Positions 21,789 to 36,343 of a stretch of DNA of 64,000 nucleotides are shown here, in pieces. The notes beneath the pieces were generated by a model, which did not search any database, had not been told where the DNA came from, and worked only from the letters and a program-made list of their open reading frames with translations. The DNA is from Escherichia coli (GTDB lineage Bacteria; Pseudomonadota; Gammaproteobacteria; Enterobacterales; Enterobacteriaceae), in the NCBI RefSeq assembly GCF_002854065.1, contig NZ_CP024147.1, one strand, 5' to 3'. Numbering within the stretch: position 1 is the first letter of the stretch; each line of letters starts with the position of its first letter. Position numbers and translations under genes: made by a program.

Positions 21789-22349
21789 TTACACTCGCCC
21801 CTGCCCTTTCAACCATTCGCGCACGAGGAACAGCGCGCTGACATTACGCGCTTCGTTGAAGTCAGGGTCTTCCAGCAAATCCATCATATGCGCCAGCGGC
21901 CAGCGCACCTGTGGTAGCGGCTCTGGCTCATCGCCTTCCAGCGATTCCGGGTAGAGATCTTGCGCTACCACGATATTCATTTTGCTGGAAAAGTAAGACG
22001 GTGCCATGCTGAGCTTCTTCAAAAAAGTCAGATCGTTCGCACCAAATCCAACCTCTTCTTTTAGCTCGCGGTTAGCGGCTTCGAAGACGCTTTCACCCGG
22101 ATCAATTAATCCTTTCGAAAAACCTAATTCGTAGGATTCAGTTCCCACTGCATATTCGCGGATCAGGATCAGGTGATCGTCCACAATCGGCACAATCATC
22201 ACTGCTTCCCGGTTGGTTGGACGCATTCGTTCATAAACACGCCGCACGCCATTGCTGAACTCCAGATCCACGCTCTCGACGGTAAACAGTCGGGAACGGG
22301 CTACAGTTTCAACATTCAGAATGGTGGGTTTTTGTAATGATTTGCTCAT
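21789..22349 (-). CDS. nudE: ADP-sugar diphosphatase NudE (Nudix, 186 aa)
   Basis: ORF 186 aa with Nudix box. Confidence 0.93.
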   Translation of the reverse strand: MSKSLQKPTILNVETVARSRLFTVESVDLEFSNGVRRVYERMRPTNREAVMIVPIVDDHLILIREYAVGTESYELGFSKGLIDPGESVFEAANRELKEEVGFGANDLTFLKKLSMAPSYFSSKMNIVVAQDLYPESLEGDEPEPLPQVRWPLAHMMDLLEDPDFNEARNVSALFLVREWLKGQGRV

Positions 22350-22668
22350 CGTGGGATCTATGCTGTGAAATCAGCGGTTATTGTGCGATATCGGACACGC
22401 TTTCGGCAATGTGAATTGCATGTTATTTACATTTATGTAACTTAATAAATAATCGTCCTCAAATCAAATTAAAAGTCAATAGGTTGAAATAACTCCAGGA
22501 ATTTGCTGATATTCCGCCTTCAGAGGGTTTGCTATGATCAGCGGTTACTGTGATGTGCTTAATGATGCTCAAGTTAAACTCCACGCTTGCCGATAGCCAA
22601 CCGCAGAATCATGTATTGTGTCCGGTGCGACTGACCACGCCTGACAGACTAAGTAAGATGGGGAAAGC

Positions 22669-24804
22669 ATGAGCACCATTGTGATTTTTTTAGCTGCTTT
22701 GCTGGCCTGCTCACTACTTGCGGGATGGCTGATAAAAGTGCGATCCAGACGGCGTCAGCTGCCCTGGACCAACGCCTTCGCGGATGCGCAAACGCGTAAA
22801 CTCACACCTGAAGAACGTAGCGCCGTTGAAAATTATCTTGAGAGCCTGACGCAGGTATTACAGGTGCCTGGCCCAACGGGAGCCAGCGCGGCACCGATCT
22901 CTCTGGCGCTGAATGCCGAAAGCAACAACGTCATGATGCTGACACACGCTATCACGCGTTACGGCATCTCTACCGACGATCCGAATAAATGGCGTTACTA
23001 CCTCGATTCGGTAGAAGTGCACCTGCCCCCTTTCTGGGAGCAGTACATCAACGATGAGAATACCGTTGAATTGATTCATACCGATTCGCTGCCACTGGTT
23101 ATTTCACTCAACGGTCATACGCTGCAGGAGTACATGCAGGAAACGCGCGGCTATGCCTTGCAACCTGTTCCGTCCACGCAGGCGTCGATTCGCGGGGAAG
23201 AGAGTGAGCAAATCGAGCTACTCAATATTCGCAAAGAAACGCATGAAGAATATGCGCTGAGTCGTCCGCGCGGGCTGCGTGAAGCGTTGCTGATCGTCGC
23301 CTCCTTTCTGATGTTCTTTTTCTGCCTGATTACCCCGGATGTATTTGTTCCGTGGCTGGCAGGCGGCGCGTTACTGCTGCTGGGCGCAGGTCTGTGGGGG
23401 CTATTCGCCCCCCCGGCAAAATCCTCCCTGCGGGAAATTCATTGTCTGCGCGGTACACCCCGTCGTTGGGGATTGTTTGGCGAAAACGATCAGGAACAGA
23501 TCAACAATATTTCACTCGGTATTATCGACCTGGTCTATCCCGCACACTGGCAGCCATACATTGCTCAGGATCTCGGTCAACAAACCGATATTGATATCTA
23601 TCTCGACCGCCACGTAGTGCGTCAGGGACGATATCTTTCGCTGCATGATGAAGTAAAAAACTTTCCGTTACAGCACTGGCTGCGCAGTACGATTATCGCT
23701 GCGGGCTCGCTGCTGGTGCTGTTTATGCTGTTATTCTGGATCCCGCTGGATATGCCGCTGAAATTCACTCTCTCATGGATGAAAGGCGCGCAGACCATTG
23801 AAGCCACCAGCGTAAAACAACTGGCTGACGCTGGCGTGCGGGTAGGCGATACATTGCGTATTAGCGGTACGGGAATGTGTAATATTCGCACTTCCGGAAC
23901 CTGGAGCGCGAAAACCAATTCACCTTTTTTACCGTTTGACTGCTCGCAGATCATCTGGAATGACGCCCGCTCATTACCATTACCAGAATCTGAGCTGGTC
24001 AACAAAGCGACGGCATTGACTGAAGCAGTTAATCGCCAGCTGCACCCTAAACCGGAAGATGAATCTCGCGTCAGTGCCTCATTACGTTCAGCGATTCAAA
24101 AATCCGGCATGGTATTGCTTGATGATTTTGGCGACATTGTACTGAAGACAGCGGATCTGTGTTCTGCCAAAGATGACTGTGTGCGACTGAAAAATGCGCT
24201 GGTCAATCTCGGCAACAGTAAAGACTGGGACGCGCTGGTAAAACGCGCCAACGCCGGGAAGCTCGATGGCGTGAATGTGTTATTACGCCCGGTGAGTGCG
24301 GAATCGCTGGATAACCTGGTGGCAACCTCCACCGCGCCGTTTATCACGCATGAAACGGCACGAGCGGCACAATCACTAAACAGTCCGGCCCCCGGCGGAT
24401 TCCTGATTGTCAGCGATGAAGGCAGCGATTTTGTTGATCAGCCCTGGCCTTCGGCATCACTTTACGACTACCCGCCGCAAGAACAGTGGAACGCTTTCCA
24501 GAAACTGGCACAAATGCTGATGCATACGCCGTTTAACGCCGAGGGTATCGTCACAAAAATCTTCACTGACGCCAATGGTACGCAGCATATAGGCCTTCAT
24601 CCGATCCCGGATCGTTCCGGCCTGTGGCGCTATCTCAGCACCACACTGCTGCTACTGACGATGCTGGGTAGCGCCATTTATAATGGCGTACAGGCCTGGC
24701 GGCGTTACCAGCGTCATCGCACTCGCATGATGAAGATTCAGGCCTATTATGAAAGCTGCCTGAACCCGCAACTGATCACCCCTTCAGAAAGCCTTATCGA
24801 ATAA
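22669..24804 (+). CDS. igaA: IgaA (YrfF), inner-membrane negative regulator of the Rcs phosphorelay (711 aa)
   Basis: ORF 711 aa; synteny. Confidence 0.93.
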   Translation: MSTIVIFLAALLACSLLAGWLIKVRSRRRQLPWTNAFADAQTRKLTPEERSAVENYLESLTQVLQVPGPTGASAAPISLALNAESNNVMMLTHAITRYGISTDDPNKWRYYLDSVEVHLPPFWEQYINDENTVELIHTDSLPLVISLNGHTLQEYMQETRGYALQPVPSTQASIRGEESEQIELLNIRKETHEEYALSRPRGLREALLIVASFLMFFFCLITPDVFVPWLAGGALLLLGAGLWGLFAPPAKSSLREIHCLRGTPRRWGLFGENDQEQINNISLGIIDLVYPAHWQPYIAQDLGQQTDIDIYLDRHVVRQGRYLSLHDEVKNFPLQHWLRSTIIAAGSLLVLFMLLFWIPLDMPLKFTLSWMKGAQTIEATSVKQLADAGVRVGDTLRISGTGMCNIRTSGTWSAKTNSPFLPFDCSQIIWNDARSLPLPESELVNKATALTEAVNRQLHPKPEDESRVSASLRSAIQKSGMVLLDDFGDIVLKTADLCSAKDDCVRLKNALVNLGNSKDWDALVKRANAGKLDGVNVLLRPVSAESLDNLVATSTAPFITHETARAAQSLNSPAPGGFLIVSDEGSDFVDQPWPSASLYDYPPQEQWNAFQKLAQMLMHTPFNAEGIVTKIFTDANGTQHIGLHPIPDRSGLWRYLSTTLLLLTMLGSAIYNGVQAWRRYQRHRTRMMKIQAYYESCLNPQLITPSESLIE

Positions 24805-24868
24805 CACGTTTGCGCGGCAGGTTATGCTACCCTGTCGCGCAAATTGCTTCACTCTGGAGATTTCCCTC

Positions 24869-25537
24869 ATGCATATCAACATTGCCTGGCAGGACGTAGA
24901 TACCGTTCTGCTGGATATGGACGGCACGTTGCTCGACCTCGCCTTCGATAACTATTTCTGGCAAAAGCTGGTGCCTGAAACATGGGGCGCGAAAAACGGG
25001 GTTACGCCACAGGAAGCGATGGAATATATGCGCCAGCAATATCACGACGTACAGCATACGCTAAACTGGTACTGTCTTGATTACTGGAGTGAGCAACTGG
25101 GTCTGGATATCTGTGCGATGACCACCGAGATGGGACCGCGTGCCGTACTGCGTGAAGATACCATTCCGTTTCTTGAGGCACTGAAAGCCAGCGGTAAGCA
25201 GCGAATTTTGCTCACCAATGCGCATCCGCACAACCTGGCGGTAAAACTTGAGCATACCGGTCTGGACGCACACCTTGATTTATTACTTTCCACCCACACA
25301 TTTGGTTATCCGAAAGAGGATCAGCGGTTATGGCATGCGGTGGCCGAAGCTACGGGTCTGAAAGCTGAAAGAACGCTGTTTATTGATGACAGCGAAGCGA
25401 TTCTCGATGCTGCCGCGCAATTTGGTATTCGTTACTGCCTCGGCGTGACTAATCCTGACTCAGGGATTGCCGAGAAACAGTATCAACGCCATCCGTCACT
25501 GAATGACTACCGCCGCCTGATCCCCTCGCTAATGTGA
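24869..25537 (+). CDS. yrfG: YrfG, HAD-family nucleotidase (222 aa), start MHINIAWQDVDTVLLDMDGTL
   Basis: HAD DxDGT motif; K-12 length. Confidence 0.9.
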   Translation: MHINIAWQDVDTVLLDMDGTLLDLAFDNYFWQKLVPETWGAKNGVTPQEAMEYMRQQYHDVQHTLNWYCLDYWSEQLGLDICAMTTEMGPRAVLREDTIPFLEALKASGKQRILLTNAHPHNLAVKLEHTGLDAHLDLLLSTHTFGYPKEDQRLWHAVAEATGLKAERTLFIDDSEAILDAAAQFGIRYCLGVTNPDSGIAEKQYQRHPSLNDYRRLIPSLM

Positions 25538-25547
25538 AGGAGACGCC

Positions 25548-25949
25548 ATGAAAGAAAAACCTGCTGTTGAGGTTCGACTGGATAAATGGCTATGGGCTGC
25601 CCGTTTTTATAAAACCCGCGCGCTGGCCCGTGAAATGATTGAGGGCGGTAAGGTGCATTACAACGGGCAGCGCAGCAAGCCGAGCAAAATCGTCGAGCTG
25701 AATGCCACGCTCACTCTGCGCCAGGGAAATGACGAACGCACGGTGATTGTAAAGGCGATTACTGAACAGCGTCGCCCCGCCAGCGAGGCAGCCTTGCTGT
25801 ATGAAGAGACTGCGGAAAGTGTAGAGAAACGCGAAAAAATGGCGCTGGCACGTAAACTTAATGCCTTAACCATGCCGCACCCGGACCGACGCCCAGACAA
25901 AAAAGAGCGCCGCGACCTGTTACGATTTAAACACGGCGACAGTGAATAA
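25548..25949 (+). CDS. hslR: HslR / Hsp15 ribosome-associated heat-shock protein (133 aa)
   Basis: ORF 133 aa recognised. Confidence 0.93.
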   Translation: MKEKPAVEVRLDKWLWAARFYKTRALAREMIEGGKVHYNGQRSKPSKIVELNATLTLRQGNDERTVIVKAITEQRRPASEAALLYEETAESVEKREKMALARKLNALTMPHPDRRPDKKERRDLLRFKHGDSE

Positions 25950-25973
25950 CTGTTACCTGCAAGAGAGATGATT

Positions 25974-26852
25974 ATGCCGCAACATGACCAATTACATCGC
26001 TATCTGTTTGAAAATTTTGCCGTTCGCGGCGAACTGGTAACCGTTTCGGAAACCCTGCAACAGATCCTTGAGAACCACGATTATCCGCAGCCCGTTAAAA
26101 ACGTGCTGGCAGAACTGCTGGTTGCGACCAGCCTGTTAACCGCTACGCTGAAGTTTGATGGTGATATCACCGTACAGCTGCAAGGCGACGGTCCGATGAA
26201 TCTGGCGGTTATTAACGGTAACAACAACCAGCAGATGCGCGGTGTGGCGCGCGTGCAGGGCGAAATTCCAGAAAATGCCGACCTGAAAACGCTGGTCGGC
26301 AATGGTTACGTGGTGATCACCATTACCCCGAGCGAAGGTGAGCGCTATCAGGGCGTGGTGGGTCTGGAAGGAGATACCCTGGCGGCCTGCCTGGAAGATT
26401 ACTTTATGCGTTCTGAACAGCTGCCGACGCGCCTGTTTATTCGCACCGGCGACGTAGACGGCAAACCGGCTGCGGGCGGTATGTTGTTGCAGGTAATGCC
26501 TGCGCAAAATGCCCAGCAGGACGACTTCGACCACCTGGCGACGCTAACCGAAACCATCAAAACCGAAGAACTGCTGACCTTACCGGCAAACGAAGTGTTG
26601 TGGCGTTTGTATCACGAAGAAGAGGTGACGGTTTACGATCCGCAGGATGTGGAGTTCAAATGCACCTGCTCGCGTGAACGTTGCGCCGATGCGCTGAAAA
26701 CGCTGCCTGATGAAGAAGTCGATAGCATCCTGGCGGAAGATGGCGAAATTGACATGCATTGTGATTACTGCGGTAACCACTATCTGTTCAATGCGATGGA
26801 TATTGCTGAAATCCGCAACAACGCGTCTCCGGCAGATCCGCAAGTTCATTAA
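25974..26852 (+). CDS. hslO: Hsp33 redox-regulated chaperone (292 aa), C-terminal CxC...CxxC zinc centre
   Basis: Start [12 protein letters not shown]; CTCSRERC and CDYCGNHY motifs. Confidence 0.95.
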   Translation: MPQHDQLHRYLFENFAVRGELVTVSETLQQILENHDYPQPVKNVLAELLVATSLLTATLKFDGDITVQLQGDGPMNLAVINGNNNQQMRGVARVQGEIPENADLKTLVGNGYVVITITPSEGERYQGVVGLEGDTLAACLEDYFMRSEQLPTRLFIRTGDVDGKPAAGGMLLQVMPAQNAQQDDFDHLATLTETIKTEELLTLPANEVLWRLYHEEEVTVYDPQDVEFKCTCSRERCADALKTLPDEEVDSILAEDGEIDMHCDYCGNHYLFNAMDIAEIRNNASPADPQVH

Positions 26853-26859
26853 TGAGTAT

Positions 26860-26892
26860 GTCCGGCAGAGAGGGCTCTGCCGGATTTTACGA
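26860..26892. terminator. Intrinsic terminator hairpin CCGGCAGAG...CTCTGCCGG then ATTTT
   Basis: Inverted repeat plus T-run downstream of hslO. Confidence 0.6.
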
Positions 26893-26914
26893 CTAATACA
26901 CCTGATGCGCTTTG

Positions 26915-28639
26915 TCACTCATTCAGATTCACATCCAGCCTTTCACCATCCACTACAAGATCGCGCCACGCTTTAGGCTTCGTTCCCAGTTTTCCATCCT
27001 TCGCAGCTGTGAGTAATTTTTCTTTCGTTATATCACGCGGAAGTAAACTCATCGTAAGCTCTTGCCATTCTTTCTTGTCAGGATCAAAGCCATAGACAAT
27101 GTATCTTTCATCATCAAAGGCAAAGAGGATCCGCTCTGCCCTGCCATCACTATTCAGATCTTGCTCGACAAGTACGCAGGCGTCTTTTTCAATGCAGGTC
27201 ATCACGTTATAGCGATCCTGGATTAAGGCCGACCAGAATGTCGCATCCGGTTTACCAGAACCTGGGGCAATTAACACATTTTCGGCTAATACTTTTTCCG
27301 ATATCTGTTGCTGAAGATGTTGCTCTCCATCTAACGCCATCAACAGATCCCGCGCACGTTTCGGGTCTTTCATATACTCGGCATCGCTTTTCAGCGACTC
27401 AAGCGCCGCACGTCCATAGCGACCGCTCTGTTCGAGCATGTAGATAGTTACCTGGTCTGGCGTATTTTTGCCGCTCTGATAACGCGCCATATGACTGTTC
27501 ACACTAATGCGCATACTGTCCAGCACCGGAGAATTAAGAAGCACCAGTATTACCAACACCAATAACGAAACCGCAAGGTTCACTTTGCCCTGAAGAACAA
27601 GGGGATTTTGCCCTTTACGCCAGACGATGCTGACAAAATACCCCAGCGACCACACCAGTAACACCAGCACCGCCAGCACGCCCTGCAAGCGGTCGACAGT
27701 CCAGCCGTACTGAGCAACCCGCAGCCATAACGCCCAGGCGGCGACGAACACATACAGCGGAGCAACCAGCAAAGCGGTTTTAATCAGGCAACGCAACGGC
27801 CCCGTCCAGGGAAGAGACGCTTTTTGCGGATCGCGGACAATAGCCATTAAGATCAATTGCAAAAAGGCCAGCGTCAACAGCAACCCGGCGGCGGAGATGT
27901 GGCGAGAAATCGCGCTCAGGCCCGTAAACGGCAGGGTGATGATAAACATCAGGGTTAGCAATGATACTAACGGCAGCAACCCCGTGGCGATTAACGTGAA
28001 CAACTTTTGAATAGAGTCGATTAAACGTGACTGTGTTCGCGCGAGGATCACCGCCAGCGCGGTAACCAGACCTAATGTAAGATACATAAACCAGTCGGTT
28101 GCAAAAAAGAGCGTATTGAAAAACGTGATGCCAACAAGTTTAAACAACTCACCCCACAGTAAAAGCACCAGCCACGTCAGGCCATTGGCGAGAAAAATAA
28201 CCTGTAATATAAGTACGTTATGCCATACTGACTGGTAAAAATAGCGATAGCGGCTACTGCCATTGCGGATGCGAAGGCTTTGTTGTATCCACGGTAGCAA
28301 CAACATTGCCATCAGCAGCAGATAGCAGCCAAAATCCCAAAGCGCCTTTTCAGCTCTCCAGGGGTTCATGCCATCAGTTTGCCACTTCAGCCAACCGCTC
28401 ATCCCCAGCGTGGCAATAAACACCAGCGCCAGCCATCCCCAAAGGCGCTTCTGTTTAAAAGAGATCACGGAGAAGAGTAAAACGGATGAAAACGCGACGG
28501 TCGCAGGCACGCCATAAACAATCCAACTGTGATTTTTTCCGGAAAGCCAGGCGATCAGCAGGTAGCAAACCAGACCCTGAAGTAATCCGGTAGCAATCAT
28601 CCCCCAGCGTGTTGCGGGTGAAAGTTCAACGTTATCCAT
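26915..28639 (-). CDS. yhgE: YhgE, multi-pass inner-membrane protein (574 aa)
   Basis: ORF 574 aa; synteny. Confidence 0.9.
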   Translation of the reverse strand: MDNVELSPATRWGMIATGLLQGLVCYLLIAWLSGKNHSWIVYGVPATVAFSSVLLFSVISFKQKRLWGWLALVFIATLGMSGWLKWQTDGMNPWRAEKALWDFGCYLLLMAMLLLPWIQQSLRIRNGSSRYRYFYQSVWHNVLILQVIFLANGLTWLVLLLWGELFKLVGITFFNTLFFATDWFMYLTLGLVTALAVILARTQSRLIDSIQKLFTLIATGLLPLVSLLTLMFIITLPFTGLSAISRHISAAGLLLTLAFLQLILMAIVRDPQKASLPWTGPLRCLIKTALLVAPLYVFVAAWALWLRVAQYGWTVDRLQGVLAVLVLLVWSLGYFVSIVWRKGQNPLVLQGKVNLAVSLLVLVILVLLNSPVLDSMRISVNSHMARYQSGKNTPDQVTIYMLEQSGRYGRAALESLKSDAEYMKDPKRARDLLMALDGEQHLQQQISEKVLAENVLIAPGSGKPDATFWSALIQDRYNVMTCIEKDACVLVEQDLNSDGRAERILFAFDDERYIVYGFDPDKKEWQELTMSLLPRDITKEKLLTAAKDGKLGTKPKAWRDLVVDGERLDVNLNE

Positions 28640-28883
28640 GTTGGTTATCCAGAATCAAAAGGTGGGTTAATTATCGCATCCGGGCAGTAGTATTTTGCTT
28701 TTTTCAGAAAATAATCAAAAAAAGTTAGCGTGGTGAATCGATACTTTACCGGTTGAATTTGCATCAATTTCATTCAGGAATGCGATTCCACTCACAATAT
28801 TCCCGCCATATAAACCAAGATTTAACCTTTTGAGAACATTTTCCACACCTAAAATGCTATTTCTGCGATAATAGCAACCGTTT

Positions 28884-28899
28884 CGTGACAGGAATCACG
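28884..28899. promoter_or_regulatory. Putative CRP site in pckA promoter region (cGTGA-N6-TCACg)
   Basis: Near-consensus TGTGA-N6-TCACA half-sites upstream of pckA. Confidence 0.45.
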
Positions 28900-29017
28900 G
28901 AGTTTTTTGTCAAATATGAATTTCTCCAGATACGTAAATCTATGAGCCTTGTCGCGGTTAACACCCCCAAAAAGACTTTACTATTCAGGCAATACATATT
29001 GGCTAAGGAGCAGTGAA

Positions 29018-30640
29018 ATGCGCGTTAACAATGGTTTGACCCCGCAAGAACTCGAGGCTTATGGTATCAGTGACGTACATGATATCGTTTACAACCCAAG
29101 CTACGACCTGCTGTATCAGGAAGAGCTCGATCCGAGCCTGACAGGTTATGAGCGCGGGGTGTTAACTAATCTGGGTGCCGTTGCCGTCGATACCGGGATC
29201 TTCACCGGTCGTTCACCAAAAGATAAGTATATCGTCCGTGACGATACCACTCGCGATACTTTCTGGTGGGCAGACAAAGGCAAAGGTAAGAACGATAACA
29301 AACCTCTCTCTCCGGAAACCTGGCAACATCTGAAAGGCCTGGTGACCAAACAGCTTTCCGGCAAACGTCTGTTCGTTGTCGACGCTTTCTGTGGTGCGAA
29401 CCCGGATACTCGTCTTTCCGTCCGTTTCATCACCGAAGTGGCCTGGCAGGCGCATTTTGTCAAAAACATGTTTATTCGCCCGAGCGATGAAGAGCTGGCA
29501 GGTTTCAAACCAGACTTTATCGTTATGAACGGCGCGAAGTGCACTAACCCGCAGTGGAAAGAACAGGGTCTGAACTCCGAAAACTTCGTGGCGTTTAACC
29601 TGACCGAGCGCATGCAGCTGATTGGCGGCACCTGGTACGGCGGCGAAATGAAGAAAGGGATGTTCTCGATGATGAACTACCTGCTGCCGCTGAAAGGTAT
29701 CGCTTCTATGCACTGCTCCGCCAACGTTGGCGAGAAAGGCGATGTTGCGGTGTTCTTCGGCCTTTCCGGCACCGGTAAAACCACCCTTTCCACCGACCCG
29801 AAACGTCGCCTGATTGGCGATGACGAACACGGCTGGGACGATGACGGCGTGTTTAACTTCGAAGGCGGCTGCTACGCAAAAACTATCAAGCTGTCGAAAG
29901 AAGCGGAACCTGAAATCTACAACGCTATCCGTCGCGATGCGCTGCTGGAAAACGTCACCGTGCGTGAAGATGGCACTATCGACTTTGATGATGGTTCAAA
30001 AACCGAGAACACCCGCGTTTCTTATCCGATCTATCACATCGATAACATCGTTAAGCCGGTTTCCAAAGCGGGTCACGCAACGAAAGTTATCTTCCTGACC
30101 GCAGACGCCTTTGGTGTGCTGCCGCCGGTTTCTCGTCTGACTGCCGATCAAACCCAGTACCACTTCCTCTCTGGCTTCACCGCCAAACTGGCCGGTACTG
30201 AGCGTGGCATCACCGAACCGACGCCAACCTTCTCCGCTTGCTTCGGCGCGGCATTCCTGTCGCTGCACCCGACTCAGTACGCAGAAGTGCTGGTGAAACG
30301 TATGCAGGCGGCAGGCGCGCAGGCTTATCTGGTTAACACTGGCTGGAACGGCACTGGCAAACGTATCTCGATTAAAGATACCCGCGCCATTATCGACGCC
30401 ATCCTCAACGGTTCGCTGGATAATGCAGAAACCTTCACTCTGCCGATGTTTAACCTGGCGATCCCAACCGAACTGCCGGGCGTAGACACCAGGATCCTTG
30501 ATCCGCGTAACACCTACGCTTCCCCGGAACAGTGGCAGGAAAAAGCCGAAACCCTGGCGAAACTGTTTATCGACAACTTCGATAAATACACCGACACCCC
30601 TGCGGGTGCCGCGCTGGTAGCGGCTGGTCCGAAACTGTAA
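29018..30640 (+). CDS. pckA: Phosphoenolpyruvate carboxykinase (ATP), 540 aa
   Basis: Start [17 protein letters not shown]; GLSGTGKTT kinase motif. Confidence 0.97.
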   Translation: MRVNNGLTPQELEAYGISDVHDIVYNPSYDLLYQEELDPSLTGYERGVLTNLGAVAVDTGIFTGRSPKDKYIVRDDTTRDTFWWADKGKGKNDNKPLSPETWQHLKGLVTKQLSGKRLFVVDAFCGANPDTRLSVRFITEVAWQAHFVKNMFIRPSDEELAGFKPDFIVMNGAKCTNPQWKEQGLNSENFVAFNLTERMQLIGGTWYGGEMKKGMFSMMNYLLPLKGIASMHCSANVGEKGDVAVFFGLSGTGKTTLSTDPKRRLIGDDEHGWDDDGVFNFEGGCYAKTIKLSKEAEPEIYNAIRRDALLENVTVREDGTIDFDDGSKTENTRVSYPIYHIDNIVKPVSKAGHATKVIFLTADAFGVLPPVSRLTADQTQYHFLSGFTAKLAGTERGITEPTPTFSACFGAAFLSLHPTQYAEVLVKRMQAAGAQAYLVNTGWNGTGKRISIKDTRAIIDAILNGSLDNAETFTLPMFNLAIPTELPGVDTRILDPRNTYASPEQWQEKAETLAKLFIDNFDKYTDTPAGAALVAAGPKL

Positions 30641-30684
30641 TGATTTGAAGCTGGAGAATATCTATCCAGTATCTTATAGAAAGC

Positions 30685-30714
30685 AAAACGGGAGGCACCT
30701 TCGCCTCCCGTTTA
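30685..30714. terminator. Bidirectional terminator AACGGGAGGCACCTTCGCCTCCCGTT between convergent pckA and envZ
   Basis: Strong hairpin with flanking A/T runs. Confidence 0.75.
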
Positions 30715-30715
30715 T

Positions 30716-32784
<2,069 letters not shown>

Positions 32785-33011
32785 TGTTTGTACTCCCAAA
32801 GGTTCGCAACAATTTGTAAGCGTGTATTCTTAAAAAAGCTCACGTTCGTCACCAGCTAAATCTGGTATGAATTTCAGCCTAAATTGTTACAAAGCATATT
32901 AAACAGCAGCTTAAGTATACAATTTATTCGGCGAAACATTATTGATTCTGTTGATATGATCACGTTATACCCAATGTGCGCATTATCAAACAGACAAAGG
33001 GAATCAACGAG

Positions 33012-33488
33012 ATGAAAACGCCCCTGGTTACCCGGGAAGGGTATGAAAAACTCAAACAAGAGCTAAATTATCTCTGGCGTGAAGAACGCCCGGAGGTCAC
33101 AAAAAAGGTGACCTGGGCCGCAAGTCTGGGCGACCGCAGCGAAAATGCTGACTATCAGTATAATAAAAAGCGTCTGCGTGAAATCGACCGTCGCGTGCGC
33201 TATCTCACTAAATGCATGGAAAATCTCAAAATCGTCGATTACTCCCCTCAGCAGGAAGGCAAAGTCTTTTTTGGCGCGTGGGTGGAGATTGAAAACGACG
33301 ATGGCGTGACTCACCGTTTCCGTATTGTCGGCTACGATGAAATTTTTGGCCGTAAAGATTACATCTCTATCGATTCCCCGATGGCCCGCGCATTGCTGAA
33401 AAAAGAAGTCGGCGATCTGGCTGTGGTGAATACTCCTGCCGGGGAAGCGAGCTGGTATGTTAATGCTATCGAGTACGTGAAACCGTAA
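33012..33488 (+). CDS. greB: Transcript cleavage factor GreB (158 aa)
   Basis: Start MKTPLVTREGYEKLKQEL; ORF-track start over-extended. Confidence 0.95.
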   Translation: MKTPLVTREGYEKLKQELNYLWREERPEVTKKVTWAASLGDRSENADYQYNKKRLREIDRRVRYLTKCMENLKIVDYSPQQEGKVFFGAWVEIENDDGVTHRFRIVGYDEIFGRKDYISIDSPMARALLKKEVGDLAVVNTPAGEASWYVNAIEYVKP

Positions 33489-33584
33489 GGAAGAGTCTTA
33501 ACCTCCTGCCGATGGCTGGCATTTTTGCCAGCCAGTCCGTATAACTATCCCCTGATTTTTGATCCGAAAAGATGAACTCAAACC

Positions 33585-35906
33585 ATGATGAATGATTCGT
33601 TCTGCCGCATTATTGCGGGTGAAATTCAGGCGCGCCCGGAACAGGTTGACGCTGCCGTTCGCCTGCTTGACGAAGGGAATACCGTGCCGTTTATCGCACG
33701 TTATCGTAAGGAAATCACCGGCGGTCTGGATGACACGCAGCTGCGTAATCTGGAAACGCGTCTGAGCTATCTGCGCGAGCTGGAAGAGAGACGTCAGGCG
33801 ATCCTCAAGTCCATTTCCGAGCAAGGCAAACTCACCGATGATCTGGCGAATGCCATCAACGCCACCCTAAGCAAAACCGAACTCGAAGACCTCTACCTGC
33901 CCTACAAACCTAAACGCCGCACCCGCGGGCAAATCGCCATTGAAGCAGGGCTTGAGCCGTTGGCTAACCTGCTGTGGAGCGATCCGTCACACACGCCAGA
34001 AGTCGCCGCTGCGCAATATATTGATGCCGATAAAGGCGTGGCAGATACCAAAGCCGCGCTGGACGGCGCGCGCTATATCCTGATGGAACGGTTTGCCGAA
34101 GATGCCGCGCTGCTGGCGAAAGTGCGTGATTATCTGTGGAAGAACGCGCATTTGGTTTCTACGGTGGTGAGCGGTAAAGAAGAGGAAGGGGCGAAATTCC
34201 GCGACTATTTCGATCATCACGAACCGTTGTCCACGGTGCCTTCTCACCGCGCGCTGGCGATGTTCCGTGGGCGTAACGAAGGCGTACTTCAGCTTTCGCT
34301 GAATGCCGATCCACAGTTCGATGAGCCGCCGAAAGAGAGCTATTGCGAGCAAATCATCATGGATCACCTTGGCCTGCGCCTGAACAATGCCCCGGCGGAT
34401 AGCTGGCGCAAAGGCGTGGTGAGCTGGACGTGGCGCATCAAGGTGCTGATGCATCTGGAAACCGAACTGATGGGCACCGTGCGCGAACGTGCGGAAGATG
34501 AAGCAATCAACGTCTTTGCCCGTAACCTGCACGATCTGCTGATGGCGGCCCCTGCCGGACTGCGTGCAACGATGGGCCTCGATCCGGGTCTGCGTACTGG
34601 GGTAAAAGTGGCGGTGGTCGATGCCACTGGCAAACTGGTAGCGACCGATACCATTTACCCGCACACCGGACAAGCCGCAAAAGCAGCGATGACTGTTGCT
34701 GCGCTGTGTGAAAAGCATAACGTTGAACTGGTGGCGATCGGCAACGGTACAGCTTCCCGCGAAACCGAACGTTTCTATCTCGACGTGCAGAAGCAGTTCC
34801 CGAAAGTGACCGCACAGAAAGTGATCGTCAGCGAAGCTGGCGCGTCGGTTTACTCGGCTTCCGAGCTGGCAGCGCAGGAGTTCCCGGATCTCGACGTTTC
34901 GCTGCGTGGCGCGGTTTCTATCGCCCGCCGTTTGCAGGATCCGCTGGCGGAGCTGGTGAAAATCGATCCGAAATCTATCGGCGTAGGTCAGTATCAGCAT
35001 GACGTTAGCCAGACGCAACTGGCCCGCAAACTGGACGCAGTAGTAGAAGACTGCGTAAACGCCGTTGGCGTCGATCTCAACACTGCTTCTGTTCCGCTGT
35101 TAACCCGCGTGGCGGGCCTGACGCGCATGATGGCGCAAAACATCGTAGCCTGGCGCGATGAGAACGGCCAGTTCCAGAACCGTCAGCAACTGTTAAAAGT
35201 GAGCCGTCTGGGGCCGAAAGCCTTCGAGCAGTGCGCGGGCTTCCTGCGCATTAACCACGGTGATAACCCGCTGGACGCCTCTACCGTTCACCCGGAAGCC
35301 TATCCGGTGGTGGAACGCATTCTGGCAGCAACACAGCAGGCACTGAAAGATCTGATGGGTAACAGCAGCGAACTGCGTAACCTGAAAGCGTCTGACTTTA
35401 CTGATGAAAAATTCGGTGTGCCGACAGTAACTGACATCATCAAAGAGCTGGAAAAACCGGGTCGCGATCCGCGTCCGGAATTTAAAACCGCTCAGTTTGC
35501 CGATGGCGTCGAGACAATGAACGACCTGCAACCGGGTATGATCCTCGAAGGCGCTGTCACCAACGTCACCAACTTTGGCGCGTTTGTCGATATCGGCGTG
35601 CATCAGGACGGCCTGGTTCACATCTCTTCATTGTCGAACAAGTTTGTGGAAGATCCGCATACCGTGGTGAAAGCGGGCGACATTGTGAAGGTGAAAGTGC
35701 TGGAAGTGGATCTTCAGCGTAAACGTATCGCCCTGACTATGCGTCTGGACGAGCAGCCTGGCGAAACCAACGCTCGTCGCGGCGGCGGTAACGATCGCCC
35801 GCAAAACAACCGCCCGGCAGCCAAACCACGCGGTCGTGAAGCGCAGCCTGCCGGTAACAGCGCGATGATGGACGCGCTGGCGGCAGCAATGGGCAAAAAA
35901 CGTTAA
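33585..35906 (+). CDS. yhgF: YhgF, Tex-like RNA-binding protein with C-terminal S1 domain (773 aa)
   Basis: ORF 773 aa recognised. Confidence 0.93.
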   Translation: MMNDSFCRIIAGEIQARPEQVDAAVRLLDEGNTVPFIARYRKEITGGLDDTQLRNLETRLSYLRELEERRQAILKSISEQGKLTDDLANAINATLSKTELEDLYLPYKPKRRTRGQIAIEAGLEPLANLLWSDPSHTPEVAAAQYIDADKGVADTKAALDGARYILMERFAEDAALLAKVRDYLWKNAHLVSTVVSGKEEEGAKFRDYFDHHEPLSTVPSHRALAMFRGRNEGVLQLSLNADPQFDEPPKESYCEQIIMDHLGLRLNNAPADSWRKGVVSWTWRIKVLMHLETELMGTVRERAEDEAINVFARNLHDLLMAAPAGLRATMGLDPGLRTGVKVAVVDATGKLVATDTIYPHTGQAAKAAMTVAALCEKHNVELVAIGNGTASRETERFYLDVQKQFPKVTAQKVIVSEAGASVYSASELAAQEFPDLDVSLRGAVSIARRLQDPLAELVKIDPKSIGVGQYQHDVSQTQLARKLDAVVEDCVNAVGVDLNTASVPLLTRVAGLTRMMAQNIVAWRDENGQFQNRQQLLKVSRLGPKAFEQCAGFLRINHGDNPLDASTVHPEAYPVVERILAATQQALKDLMGNSSELRNLKASDFTDEKFGVPTVTDIIKELEKPGRDPRPEFKTAQFADGVETMNDLQPGMILEGAVTNVTNFGAFVDIGVHQDGLVHISSLSNKFVEDPHTVVKAGDIVKVKVLEVDLQRKRIALTMRLDEQPGETNARRGGGNDRPQNNRPAAKPRGREAQPAGNSAMMDALAAAMGKKR

Positions 35907-35985
35907 ACGCCCGGACTGGCCCCTAAACCTGCGCGATAAGGCGTTCACGCCGCATCTGGCAACGAACGCCTTGCCTGACATAAAA

Positions 35986-36018
35986 GTGCCGGAGAATATC
36001 TCCGGCATATTTATTCCA
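35986..36018. terminator. Hairpin GCCGGAGAATATCTCCGGC then T-rich, downstream of yhgF; adjacent REP-like unit at about 35935..35960
   Basis: Inverted repeat plus ATATTTATT. Confidence 0.6.
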
Positions 36019-36140
36019 CAGCCAAACTCACAATATATTTCGTTAATATTTATCACTTCATTAACAACTGAAACCTTAATTAAACATTAGCCAGTCCTGG
36101 TAATTCGCTATTCGAATTATATTTTCGCTGCGATATAACC

Positions 36141-36154
36141 TTGAGCCACATCAA
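36141..36154. promoter_or_regulatory. Putative FNR box TTGAG-CCAC-ATCAA upstream of feoA
   Basis: Matches TTGAT-N4-ATCAA at 9 of 10 positions; feo is known to be FNR-activated. Confidence 0.5.
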
Positions 36155-36207
36155 CATTGAGTCAGATTATTATTCAAACCAACATTCGCACACATTTTAA
36201 GTATTGC

Positions 36208-36234
36208 TGATAGAAACCATTCTCATTATCATTG
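36208..36234. promoter_or_regulatory. Putative Fur box (GATAGAAACCATTCTCATTATCATT) upstream of feoA
   Basis: Resembles GATAATGATAATCATTATC; feoABC is Fur-repressed. Confidence 0.5.
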
Positions 36235-36343
36235 TACTGTTGATTATTTAATCTCTCCTTCGTTGGCAAATCATCTGGTCTCATGTCGCTGTCAAACGCC
36301 CCATGAGGTAGTTATCCAGTTAATGAGAAACAAGTAGGCACCT

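Noticed and set aside
33987-35018. 343-aa minus-strand ORF
   Set aside because: Antisense to yhgF; Arg/His-rich low-complexity translation typical of shadow frames.
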